DNA from: Armatimonadota bacterium
GTDB taxonomy: Bacteria > Armatimonadota > UBA10988
DNA: 25,229 nt
NCBI GenBank assembly: GCA_016235455.1
Contig: JACRKZ010000147.1
Coordinates: 1-25,229, forward strand
Direction of reading: 5' to 3'
The notes under the pieces were generated by a model. It was not told where the DNA came from. It worked only from the letters and a program-made list of their open reading frames with translations, and ran no database searches. How positions within the stretch are numbered: the stretch's first letter is position 1; the number at the start of each line of letters is the position of its first letter. Shown in pieces: positions 1 to 9,887 of this stretch. The translations under genes were made by a program, and so were the position numbers.

Positions 1-221
1 TCGGGCAGGTACATGGCCCAGTAGGTCAGCGGCGGCTTCTTCCAGCGGTACTCGTAGTTGTAGTACGGCGTGATCAGGTCGCCGTTCTCGATCATCTCGC
101 GCGTAGCTTCGGTGTAGATAGCCTCGTCGACGTTGAACACGCCCACATGGCCCAGGAACAGCACGTTGAAGACGAAGACGCCGACGGCGAGGAGCAGTTC
201 GGGACGATAGCGGGTGAGCAT
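1..221 (-). CDS. ArnT/PMT-family (GT-C fold, GT83/GT39-like) glycosyltransferase, 5' part; runs off the left edge
   Basis: Not in the ORF track. Manual translation from ATG 221 gives MLTRYRPELLLAVGVFVFNVLFLGHVGVFNVDEAIYTEATREMIENGDLITPYYNYEYRWKKPPLTYWAMYLP. It has an N-terminal TM helix, then the DE..Y....REM...GD...P..N......KPPL.YW pattern typical of ArnT-like enzymes. Confidence 0.88.
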   Translation of the reverse strand, partial: MLTRYRPELLLAVGVFVFNVLFLGHVGVFNVDEAIYTEATREMIENGDLITPYYNYEYRWKKPPLTYWAMYLP

Positions 222-241
222 GGGCGCGTATACCTGCGGGG

Positions 242-271
242 ATTATAGCGCCGAGTGCGCAGATAGACCAA
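242..271 (-). promoter_or_regulatory. Putative sigma70-type promoter of the ArnT-like gene
   Basis: Minus strand reads TTGGTC-N18-TATAAT, with a perfect -10 box about 20 nt upstream of ATG 221. Confidence 0.5.
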
Positions 272-340
272 GGACGCCATCACCGATGGTGCAGTTGGCG
301 TGGTGCAGGCTGGACCCGACACCCAAGCGCGTTCGGCGCG

Positions 341-1579
341 CTACTTGCGGCGCCCTCTGCCGTTGTTCGCCGCGTGGGTGCGACCGTGCCCGCCGGGCTT
401 GGCCGTAGGCGCGGCGCCCGCGTCTGGCGCCGTTGGCGTCGCGCCGTCCTGGCTGCCGTCTCCGAGTGCTTTCCGAAGGAAATCGGTCAACAGCTTCGAC
501 ACCCAGCCGGTAACGCCCGATGAGAGGCTGCCTACGACCGGCGTCACGACCCGCGTGTTGACCGGCCACACAGAGATGCTCTTGAGCGCAACCACGGCGG
601 CGATGGTTGCATTGTCGGTGCCGGTGCCTCGTGCTCGAATGAGGGCGTCTATGTGAGCCTTCATGAGTTGGTGGATCTTGAGCAAGGGCAGAAGCGAGAA
701 CCAGGTGGTTACCGCTAAGTATAGGATGCCGCAGACCAGGGTCAGAGTGCGTTGTCCCGCCGACCGGCGCCGGGTGAGCGACTCCGTCTCGTAATCAGAG
801 ACCCTCATGAGGACGAAGCTGGCGATGGCTAGCGCCTCGAAGATGTAGGACATGAACAAGGCTTGGCCGATGCCACCGAGGCCGAAGTAGTCGGCGTTGA
901 TGTTCGGCCCGAAAATCGATAGGTCGGTGGCCGGGCCAACGACGTTGATGATGTCGATGTCGATGGCGATGACCTTGCTGGTCACCTGCAGGAGGGCGAC
1001 AAAGGCGGCGAAGTGGACGAGCGCACTCAGCATCCTGACTGCCCAGCCGACGCGCACCTTCCAGCTGGGTATGGCGTCGTTGCTGAAGTGGCGGAAGGTG
1101 TAGGGGCTGTCCCAGTAGCGGACCTTCTGCGTGGCGTGGCGGTGTCCATCGTCGCGCACGATGCCCGCGATGGTCAAGGCAAGGGCGATCACCCAGCACC
1201 CAATCGACCACGCGTCACCAGCGCAGAGCGCGCTTGCCTTGCCGAGGATGGGTGACCACAGGTGCGACTGCGTGCCCTCCACCGTCTGTCTGTAGCAGCT
1301 GTTCGCCGCGATCAGCGCCAGCGGGACCAGGAGTCCGTTGCCCAGGCTGGCGGACACATCGCGGCGCCAGCAGAGGACCAGTCGCTCCGTGTCATCGGCC
1401 CAAGCGTGCTGACCCAGCGCGGCCACCACCGCGGGGATCCCGGCGAAGAACGCCACGGCCAGGACGAACAGGCCCGGCCCGCTGTGGGCGGGGAGGCCGA
1501 GCCACGCGAGGACGTTGCCAAACAGTCCGAGAAGATCGTTGTGATACGGATTCCATGTGCCGACAGCGCCCACTGACAT
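341..1579 (-). CDS. Orphan multi-pass membrane protein (about 6-7 TM), function unknown
   Basis: 412-aa ORF with AGGGAG RBS before ATG 1579, several hydrophobic helices and an upstream promoter-like element. No family motif recognised with confidence. Confidence 0.75.
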   Translation of the reverse strand: MSVGAVGTWNPYHNDLLGLFGNVLAWLGLPAHSGPGLFVLAVAFFAGIPAVVAALGQHAWADDTERLVLCWRRDVSASLGNGLLVPLALIAANSCYRQTVEGTQSHLWSPILGKASALCAGDAWSIGCWVIALALTIAGIVRDDGHRHATQKVRYWDSPYTFRHFSNDAIPSWKVRVGWAVRMLSALVHFAAFVALLQVTSKVIAIDIDIINVVGPATDLSIFGPNINADYFGLGGIGQALFMSYIFEALAIASFVLMRVSDYETESLTRRRSAGQRTLTLVCGILYLAVTTWFSLLPLLKIHQLMKAHIDALIRARGTGTDNATIAAVVALKSISVWPVNTRVVTPVVGSLSSGVTGWVSKLLTDFLRKALGDGSQDGATPTAPDAGAAPTAKPGGHGRTHAANNGRGRRK

Positions 1580-1602
1580 GCTCCCTGTCGTTTAGATACC
1601 TA

Positions 1603-1632
1603 ACTATAGCAGATTGACAACGCTGGTATCAA
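1603..1632 (-). promoter_or_regulatory. Putative sigma70 promoter with extended -10 for the 341..1579 gene
   Basis: Minus strand reads TTGATA-N18-TATAGT, with TG-n immediately before the -10 box, inside an AT-rich patch. Confidence 0.55.
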
Positions 1633-1684
1633 TGGTGCGGGGCATGACCGCGAGTCGGAGGACGACGCCATACGGGCAAAACGA

Positions 1685-1720
1685 CCAACGCCCCCGGCCT
1701 TGAAAGGCCGGGGGCGTTGG
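1685..1720 (-). terminator. Rho-independent terminator of groESL
   Basis: Perfect 16-bp stem CCAACGCCCCCGGCCT / AGGCCGGGGGCGTTGG with a 4-nt loop, followed on the minus strand by TCGTTTT, 21 nt after the groEL stop. Confidence 0.85.
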
Positions 1721-1741
1721 AGTCTGGAGGTCGGCTAGGAC

Positions 1742-3720
<1,979 letters not shown>

Positions 3721-3850
3721 CGTAGCCTCCAGTTATCGGGGCCCCTCAGCCAGACAAAGTCGGCGGGTGGCCGTGCACGGGCGAGTAGCCTCGCTCGGTG
3801 CTAGCAAGCTCGCACCGTGCATAGGCTAGGCAGGGGGTGTCAACTGGGGG

Positions 3851-5080
3851 TCAATCGGTTGTCACGCGCGTGTAACGAGCGGGCGTCGGTAGGGCGGGCG
3901 TTGGCCGCGGACTCGTGGTGTCCGTTGGTCGTGTGGGCTCGGCGCCACGATCTGCCTCGCACTCGTCACGGAAGTACGCATGGAGCACGCCACTGTCGAG
4001 GGCCCAGTAGACCACCAAGAAGAGCGTGACCTTCCCGAGCATCGCCAGGATATAGATGACAGGCTTGATCATCGGGCTGACTGCGTCCAGTGTGTCTGGC
4101 AAGACAAGCAGCGGCTGGATGGCCACGTAGCCGTAGAGCACCACGAGCAACGATAGTGGCGGGCTGATGGCGCGGCTGTCAAGACGGCCAACAAGCAATG
4201 CCAGTGAGATGGTGCCCACGCTGCGGTCTGCGATGTCCGCCACGACGGTCCACGGGCCGCCGAGCGCGAACTGGGCAACCGCGACAGCCGTTGGCGTCAG
4301 CAAGGAGCACACGCCGATGATGATGCAGATCGGTGCCGTCACGGGCCGTCTGAGGTAGAGAACTGCGAAACACAAGATCGCAAACAGCCCTGGGAGGTTG
4401 CCCAGATAGCTGCCGACCACGTTGTCAATCTTGGTCAGCGTGCGCTCTGCAGCTGAGCCGGCCACCTGGAGGACGTCCTGGCGGACCGTATTGGTGGGTA
4501 TTCCCACCGCTTCATAGATTGCCTTGAGCCGCTCGGCCTGGACCGAGTAGGGGAGCTCGGTTGGGCAAGCCGCCCGAGCCAACTCCATACGGTTGAGGCG
4601 CGCCGCGGCCCAGTACTTGTCTTGCAGCAGGTCGGCTGGGGCACTGGCGGGTGGCCCTGCGGGTACGGTCAGTCGCCTGGCTGTCGCGCGGCTGCACTCA
4701 TGGGCAACGCTAATTGTGCTGTAGAGGTAGCTGACAAAGAACGACGCCAGGAACAGGCACCACCACAAGGCGAACTGTCGGAGTGCCTTCGTTCCACCAG
4801 GAGGGGGCTTGCGCGCCCAGCTGTCCAGGAGCGCCGCTGTGAGCAGGCTCATGATGAAGATGAGGACCACGTGGACGATGCTTGCCCACATCGGCCAGTA
4901 GGGGAACCAGTGCTGCTGCTGGGCGGAGTTGAGCCACTTCACAGCCAGGGTCACCGTGCCGGCAATGCCGCTTGTGGCGAACATCGTCCATATCAGGGTA
5001 GCGCGGCGACCCAGTCGCCCTAGCCACAGAGACAGTCGCTTCCGGTCATGCGCTGCGTTGTCGTGCTGGCCCTCGATCAT
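3851..5080 (-). CDS. Orphan integral membrane protein (about 8 TM with a large loop between TM3 and TM4), function unknown
   Basis: Within the 3851..5191 ORF. Start placed at ATG 5080 (MIEGQHD) because AGGAGG lies just upstream. About eight hydrophobic segments. Confidence 0.75.
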   Translation of the reverse strand: MIEGQHDNAAHDRKRLSLWLGRLGRRATLIWTMFATSGIAGTVTLAVKWLNSAQQQHWFPYWPMWASIVHVVLIFIMSLLTAALLDSWARKPPPGGTKALRQFALWWCLFLASFFVSYLYSTISVAHECSRATARRLTVPAGPPASAPADLLQDKYWAAARLNRMELARAACPTELPYSVQAERLKAIYEAVGIPTNTVRQDVLQVAGSAAERTLTKIDNVVGSYLGNLPGLFAILCFAVLYLRRPVTAPICIIIGVCSLLTPTAVAVAQFALGGPWTVVADIADRSVGTISLALLVGRLDSRAISPPLSLLVVLYGYVAIQPLLVLPDTLDAVSPMIKPVIYILAMLGKVTLFLVVYWALDSGVLHAYFRDECEADRGAEPTRPTDTTSPRPTPALPTPARYTRVTTD

Positions 5081-5190
5081 GATGCCCCTCCTGGCGACGC
5101 GTGATGGATGCACGCGCGTCGCCAGCGCAGTTCGGCCAGGAGGCGGCGGGCCGATGTACCGTGCTGCCGCGCGCGTTGTTCTGTCACTCA

Positions 5191-5219
5191 ATTGTAGCTA
5201 GGCGCCATGCGTGCGGCAA
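5191..5219 (-). promoter_or_regulatory. Putative sigma70 promoter for the 3851..5080 gene
   Basis: Minus strand reads TTGCCG-N17-TACAAT. It overlaps the ORF-track start at 5191, which supports the shorter gene model. Confidence 0.6.
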
Positions 5220-5334
5220 CGCTATGCGGGGAGGCGGCGTAACACGGACTGACTCCACACCGTTGCGGTAATCGGCGCGCCAGTGCAAGCGGCCCTGCGC
5301 CGGTCAGCCGGATGTGGTGCTGGCCGCGTTCCTC

Positions 5335-5690
5335 TCAGCCTGCGCCGAGCCCAAACACCTCCCGCGCATTACCCACCATCAGCCGCCCCGCGGCGGTGAC
5401 CGCCTGCGCCTCCGACATCAGCCCCTCATCCACCTCGGCCTGGAGCGCGCGCGTCAGCCAGGTGCGCGCCTGGTGGGCGTAGGCGGCCGACGAGATGGGC
5501 CAGCCGGTGTCGCCGCCGAAGGCCAGCAGCTTGTTGAGCGGTGCGGCGTGCAGCCAGTGCCGGATGAAGTCGCGGACCGACAGTGGCGCCATGCTCCAGG
5601 CCCAGCAGCAGTCGCCGCAGAGGTTGGCGCCATTCTTGGCCAGCGAGATGGTGTCCTCGCAGAAAGGTGGCGGGCGGGCATGAGCATGAC
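5335..5690 (-). pseudogene. 5'-truncated, diverged copy of the 3' end (about 115 codons) of the amidohydrolase at 7536..8786
   Basis: GDCCWAWSMAPLSVRDFIRHWLHAAPLNKLL.FGGDTGWPISSAAYAHQAR... is shared with the intact gene. DNA 5347-5617 aligns with 7539-7809. Similarity decays towards 5690, with an apparent 1-nt frameshift near 5668. Confidence 0.85.
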
Positions 5691-5698
5691 GGGGCGAG

Positions 5699-6154
5699 GT
5701 GGTAGCGCCCCAACAACAGCGCCCGCAGGCTGTGGCGGTGCCCTGGAGCCAGGTGCGCGCGGTACTCCGGGCAGTGCCGGGCAAGGTGCTGCTGGCGGTG
5801 GACACCTGCCACAGCGGTGGCGTGACCGGCGCGCGAGCGCTGTCGCGCAGCGACTACGCGGACCTGCTGCGTGATGCCGTGACCGATGAGGTGGGGCTGA
5901 TCACCTTCGCCAGTTGCCTGCCGCACGAGGTCAGCCTGGAAGACGAAGCGTGGCGCAACGGCGCGCTGACCAAGGCCATGACCGAGGGCCTGGCCGGCGG
6001 CGGCGACCTGAACAAGGACGGCGTGGTGACGCTGGCGGAACTGGATGCGTTCATCGCCGAGCGGGTCAAGGCGCTGACCGGGGGCCGGCAACATGCGACG
6101 ACGGATAAGCCGACGACGATCCAGAGCACGTTGCCGCTGGCGGTGGTCAAGTAG
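5699..6154 (+). pseudogene. C-terminal half of a caspase-like peptidase C14 (metacaspase/orthocaspase) domain; N-terminal half with the catalytic His is missing
   Basis: Contains VLLAVDTCHSG (catalytic Cys motif), ITFASC...EVSLE, NGALTKAM.EGL.G, DLNKDGVVTL.EL and LTGGRQH. In-frame TGA stops at 5681 and 5687 close the frame upstream, and there is no xGHG motif. Confidence 0.8.
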
Positions 6155-6172
6155 GCGGATGCTCGGCGCCGA

Positions 6173-7495
6173 CTACTCCCAGGGCGCCCGCCGCGCCTCG
6201 CGCCATCGCGCGTAGGTGTCGCGTAGCGTGACGCCAGCGGGCTTCAGGCTGCCGTCCAGCCGGATGACGCCAAACGACTGCTCGCCCTTGCCCATCCAGT
6301 CGGGCTTGAAGTGGAAGGCACACCAGTTGGCGACGCCGGCCACGTGCACGCCGGACTTCACGGCGTCCTCGACGCCCTCGATGACCCACCGGGTGATCTG
6401 TTCCTGTCGCGCCTCGGTGGCGTCCCGGCGCACGTCGTCGGGCGCGCTGGCATAGCCGAACTCGCCGATGATCAGCGGCCGGTTGTCGATCTGCTTGGCG
6501 GTGCCGCGGAGATCATCGGCTGCGTTGCGCACCGGCGGCTGGCCCGCGGGCTGGACGCCGACCGAGCCCGAGTAGTGGTGGTACTGGGCGACGGGTGGCT
6601 TGACGCCGAGCGACCACAACTGGTCGAATTGCCACGCCAGGCCCACCGTGGCCAGGTGCTGCGTGTCGAGTTGGGCCAGGTAGGCCCACATGTCCGCGAG
6701 CCATCGAGCCAGCTCGGGCGTGGCCTTGGGGCCGTCGTTGCCGCCGGGCTCGTTCATCAGGTCCCACATCAGGATGCGGCCATCGTGAAGGAACGGCTCG
6801 ACCCCGGTACGGAAGAAGCGACGCTGCATCAGCAGGTCGTCTTGGCGCCCGGCGCTGCCGATGGTCAGCATGACCTTGACGCGGTGTCGCGCCGCCACGC
6901 GCAGCAGCGTCTCCACGCGGGCCAGGACTGTTGCGGTGAAGCTACCATCCCGGCGGTGCAGGCCGGCGTCCGGGTCGAAGTTGTAGAACGTGCGGATCCA
7001 GTTGATGTTCAGGCCGTCCAGCTCACGGAATTCGGCCTCCAAGGCCGTTTCGTCCATTGCTCGCCACAAGCCTGGCCAGGGCTGGACGCGCGGATAGTAG
7101 TTGGTGCCGCGCAGGCTGAGCGGCTGCAGGTCGGCCAGACCCACGCACGGCGAGCGCGGTATGCGCACCGTGGCAGTCGCCAGCGGGATCGCCAACTCCC
7201 CCTGCCAAGCCACTGCGTCGTCCTGGACAAGCCGCACGGGCAGGCGGGCAGGGGCGGGAACCGGCACCCAGACCGTGTCGTGCGCACCGCCAGGCGGGAC
7301 ATCGAGGATCTCGCGCCGGACCGCGCCGGCCTCAAGCCGCAGCCCACGCAGCGGCACACCGCTCGGGTTGGTGAGGGCCAGCGTGATCATGCGCTCATCA
7401 CCAGCCGGTGTCTGCCGCACGATGGCTGGCTCGTCTGGCACAACGATGACGCTGGGCGCCATGGCACAGAGGGCCGCGAGGACCATGGAGAGCAT
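6173..7495 (-). CDS. Secreted clan GH-A glycoside hydrolase (GH5-like; mannanase/cellulase type) with an N-terminal beta-rich region
   Basis: Signal-like N-terminus; RGTNYYP, INWIRTF, WDLMNEP (acid/base Glu), YHHY and IIGEFG (nucleophile Glu). Confidence 0.85.
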   Translation of the reverse strand: MLSMVLAALCAMAPSVIVVPDEPAIVRQTPAGDERMITLALTNPSGVPLRGLRLEAGAVRREILDVPPGGAHDTVWVPVPAPARLPVRLVQDDAVAWQGELAIPLATATVRIPRSPCVGLADLQPLSLRGTNYYPRVQPWPGLWRAMDETALEAEFRELDGLNINWIRTFYNFDPDAGLHRRDGSFTATVLARVETLLRVAARHRVKVMLTIGSAGRQDDLLMQRRFFRTGVEPFLHDGRILMWDLMNEPGGNDGPKATPELARWLADMWAYLAQLDTQHLATVGLAWQFDQLWSLGVKPPVAQYHHYSGSVGVQPAGQPPVRNAADDLRGTAKQIDNRPLIIGEFGYASAPDDVRRDATEARQEQITRWVIEGVEDAVKSGVHVAGVANWCAFHFKPDWMGKGEQSFGVIRLDGSLKPAGVTLRDTYARWREARRAPWE

Positions 7496-7535
7496 GGGAT
7501 CGTCCTGTTCTGCCGTGCGCGGGGCACCGCTCGGG

Positions 7536-8786
7536 TCAGAGCCCGAACACCTCGCACGCGTTGGCCACCATCAGCCGCCCCGCGGCGCTGATGGCCTGCG
7601 CCTCGGACATCAGCCCCTCATCCACCTCCGCCTGCAGCGCGCGCGTCAGCCAGGCCCGGGCCTGATGGGCGTAGGCGGCCGACGAGATGGGCCAGCCCGT
7701 GTCGCCGCCGAAGGTCAGCAGCTTGTTGAGCGGCGCGGCGTGCAGCCAGTGTCGGATGAAGTCGCGGACCGACAGCGGCGCCATGCTCCAGGCCCAGCAG
7801 CAGTCGCCCACCACGTTGGCGAAATGCTTGGCCAGGGCAATCAGTTCCTCGCTGTAGGGCCAGCCGGCGTGCATCAGCACGAAGCGTGTGCCCGGATAGC
7901 GGGCCAGCAGCGGCGAGAGCAGGCCCGGGCGGACATACTCGGTCTTCATGCCGCCATTGCCGGCCCAATGGCCGGTGTGGATCTTGACCGGCAAGCCCAC
8001 CGCGCCGCAGGCCTCGGCGCCCACGGCCAGGCACCAGTCGCCCAGGGCGTTGAGCTGCTCGCGGCTCAGCGGCGTGCCGTGCAGCTTGGCGGCGATGAGC
8101 GGGGCCACCTCGGCGTCGTCGCGCTCCTGCCAGGCCAAGGTGCGCTCATAGGCGTGCTGGCTCTTGGCGGCGACGGCATGCGGCGCATTGCGCACGACGA
8201 GCTCACCCAGCGCCGCGCGCAGGCTTTCGGGCCCGGTGATCTCGGTGTCCGTGGCAGCGGCCAGCGAGCCGATGCCGAAGCCGCCGCCAGAGAAGCCAGC
8301 CCAACTGATGTCGTACCGATAGAACGAGGGGTCCACCGGGTCGGGCTGGCAGAACGAGCTGAAGTGGTCGATCTGGACGTGGTCGAGCCGCGCGATCTCG
8401 CGGAAGATGCGGTCGCGTTGGCCGGGCTGGCGGTAGGTCGCGGCGCGGTTGTTGGCCGCGGCCAGCCCGCTGGGCGTCAACTCCTCCAGGTCGTAGAACA
8501 GCCGCGCGGCGATGCGCACCGCTTCGCCGTAGCCCGTGTGCTGGATGTGCTGCCACCAGGGCTCGATGGCGCGGAAGCGGTCGGCCACGTCGCGGCTCGC
8601 ATCGAACAGCGCCGCGGTGGCGCTCTGCGGCGCGCCGGCCGAGACCAGGTCGCTGTCCGAGTAGTGGTCGAACACATCGCACAGCACGTCCGGCGGGCTG
8701 GCCTGCCAGGCGGCCTCGGAGTTCTGGTGCTCGTGTGTGTCGGCCAAGGGGCTCGTGGCGATGAACTGGGCGAGGTCGGTGGGCAT
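7536..8786 (-). CDS. Amidohydrolase-superfamily metal-dependent hydrolase (Amidohydro_2 / uronate-isomerase-like)
   Basis: DTHEH (HxH), KIHTG, LMHAGWPY and FGGD motifs. Start placed at ATG 8786 behind an AGGAG RBS. Confidence 0.88.
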   Translation of the reverse strand: MPTDLAQFIATSPLADTHEHQNSEAAWQASPPDVLCDVFDHYSDSDLVSAGAPQSATAALFDASRDVADRFRAIEPWWQHIQHTGYGEAVRIAARLFYDLEELTPSGLAAANNRAATYRQPGQRDRIFREIARLDHVQIDHFSSFCQPDPVDPSFYRYDISWAGFSGGGFGIGSLAAATDTEITGPESLRAALGELVVRNAPHAVAAKSQHAYERTLAWQERDDAEVAPLIAAKLHGTPLSREQLNALGDWCLAVGAEACGAVGLPVKIHTGHWAGNGGMKTEYVRPGLLSPLLARYPGTRFVLMHAGWPYSEELIALAKHFANVVGDCCWAWSMAPLSVRDFIRHWLHAAPLNKLLTFGGDTGWPISSAAYAHQARAWLTRALQAEVDEGLMSEAQAISAAGRLMVANACEVFGL

Positions 8787-8807
8787 GGCCCGCTCCTGCT
8801 GGCTGCG

Positions 8808-8842
8808 CATACCAGCCTGGGACGCTGCCCCAGGCTGGTATG
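8808..8842. repeat. Perfect 14-bp inverted repeat (intergenic hairpin)
   Basis: CATACCAGCCTGGG-acgctgc-CCCAGGCTGGTATG, between the DUF1080 gene and the amidohydrolase; no U-tract. Confidence 0.75.
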
Positions 8843-8869
8843 ACGCTGGGCCTTTGGCCCTGGGCTGAT

Positions 8870-9874
8870 CTATTTGGCCGCGACGAACCAGACGTTGCGG
8901 AAGAAGATCGGGTGGTGGTGGAACTGGAGCATCAGCGGCGCGGGGTCGGCGCTTTCCTGATGGCCGTTGCCACCGGTGCAGGCACTGATCTCGACGTTGT
9001 CGTGGACCAGGATGCCATTGATCTTCACCGTGGCGCGCGCGTTGGCGGTCTTCTGACCGTTCTCATACTTGGCCGCGACGAAGTCGATGTCGTAGGTCTG
9101 CCAGCATAGCGGCGGCAGCGCGGCGTTGGTCAGCGCGCCGGCCTTGGAGTAGATGTCGCCAATGACATCGCCGTTGGGCTTGCCGGGTCCGACCTTGAAG
9201 CCGAAGCTGTCGACCACCTGCACTTCGTAGCGGTCCTGCAGGTAGATCCCGCTGTTGCTGCGACCTTGGCCGCGATTCTCGGGCTCAAACGGCAGCATGA
9301 CCTCGATGTGCAGCTTGCCGCTGCCCAGATTGGCCTTGGTCTTGGGCTGGTTGGGGTCGGTGGTGAACCAGCCGTTCTCGTGGACCTGGCCGGGGTTCCA
9401 GGCATCGATGTTGGGCTTGGGGTCGGCTGTGAGCAGCACCAAGGCGCCGTCGGGCGCCTTGGCGCCGAGCGTGGGGCTGACCCGCACGGTCTTGGCCAGC
9501 GTCACCGACTTGCCGTCGTCGCGAGTCATGGTCAGTTTGCCGGCGGCGATGCTGGCCTTGAAGCCCTGGCCGGCGAAGGTGGTCTCAGCGCCTTCAGTCT
9601 TGCCTTCGGCCTCGAACTTGATCTGGTTGTCCCAGCCGGCGCCGGGCAGGCCGCCAGGCAGCACGGTCAGGGCGAACTTGCCGCCGCCGAGCGCGGCCAC
9701 CTGAGCGCCCATCTTGAGCATGGCGCCATTGGCCACCGGGGCCTCGCCGAGATACTCACCTTGGACCAGGTAGTCAGGCCCAGCGTCCTTGACGTCGACG
9801 ATGGTCGGACCAGCGGCGAACAGTGCGGTCGCCGCGGCGACGGCGAAGACGGGTAGGGCAAAGCGCATTCTCAT
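8870..9874 (-). CDS. DUF1080 (3-keto-disaccharide hydrolase family) secreted protein
   Basis: Signal peptide; LHIE, GQGRSNSGIYL..RYEVQV.DS, WQTYDIDF, NGILVHDN, LQFH..PIFFRNVW. Confidence 0.9.
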   Translation of the reverse strand: MRMRFALPVFAVAAATALFAAGPTIVDVKDAGPDYLVQGEYLGEAPVANGAMLKMGAQVAALGGGKFALTVLPGGLPGAGWDNQIKFEAEGKTEGAETTFAGQGFKASIAAGKLTMTRDDGKSVTLAKTVRVSPTLGAKAPDGALVLLTADPKPNIDAWNPGQVHENGWFTTDPNQPKTKANLGSGKLHIEVMLPFEPENRGQGRSNSGIYLQDRYEVQVVDSFGFKVGPGKPNGDVIGDIYSKAGALTNAALPPLCWQTYDIDFVAAKYENGQKTANARATVKINGILVHDNVEISACTGGNGHQESADPAPLMLQFHHHPIFFRNVWFVAAK

Positions 9875-9887
9875 CGGAACTCACTCC

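Noticed and set aside
3778-3804. CIRCE element upstream of groES
   Set aside because: Only a left-arm-like CTAGCACCG is present; there is no GAGTGCTAA arm at N9 spacing.
5335-5805. 156-aa minus-strand ORF as an intact gene
   Set aside because: Its N-terminal part is the antisense of the caspase fragment plus a frameshifted stretch, and it lacks the HxH metal motif.
7101-8843. 580-aa plus-strand ORF, and the similar 5314..5874 ORF
   Set aside because: Antisense to the amidohydrolase and GH5 genes. Their mutual similarity only reflects the DNA duplication.
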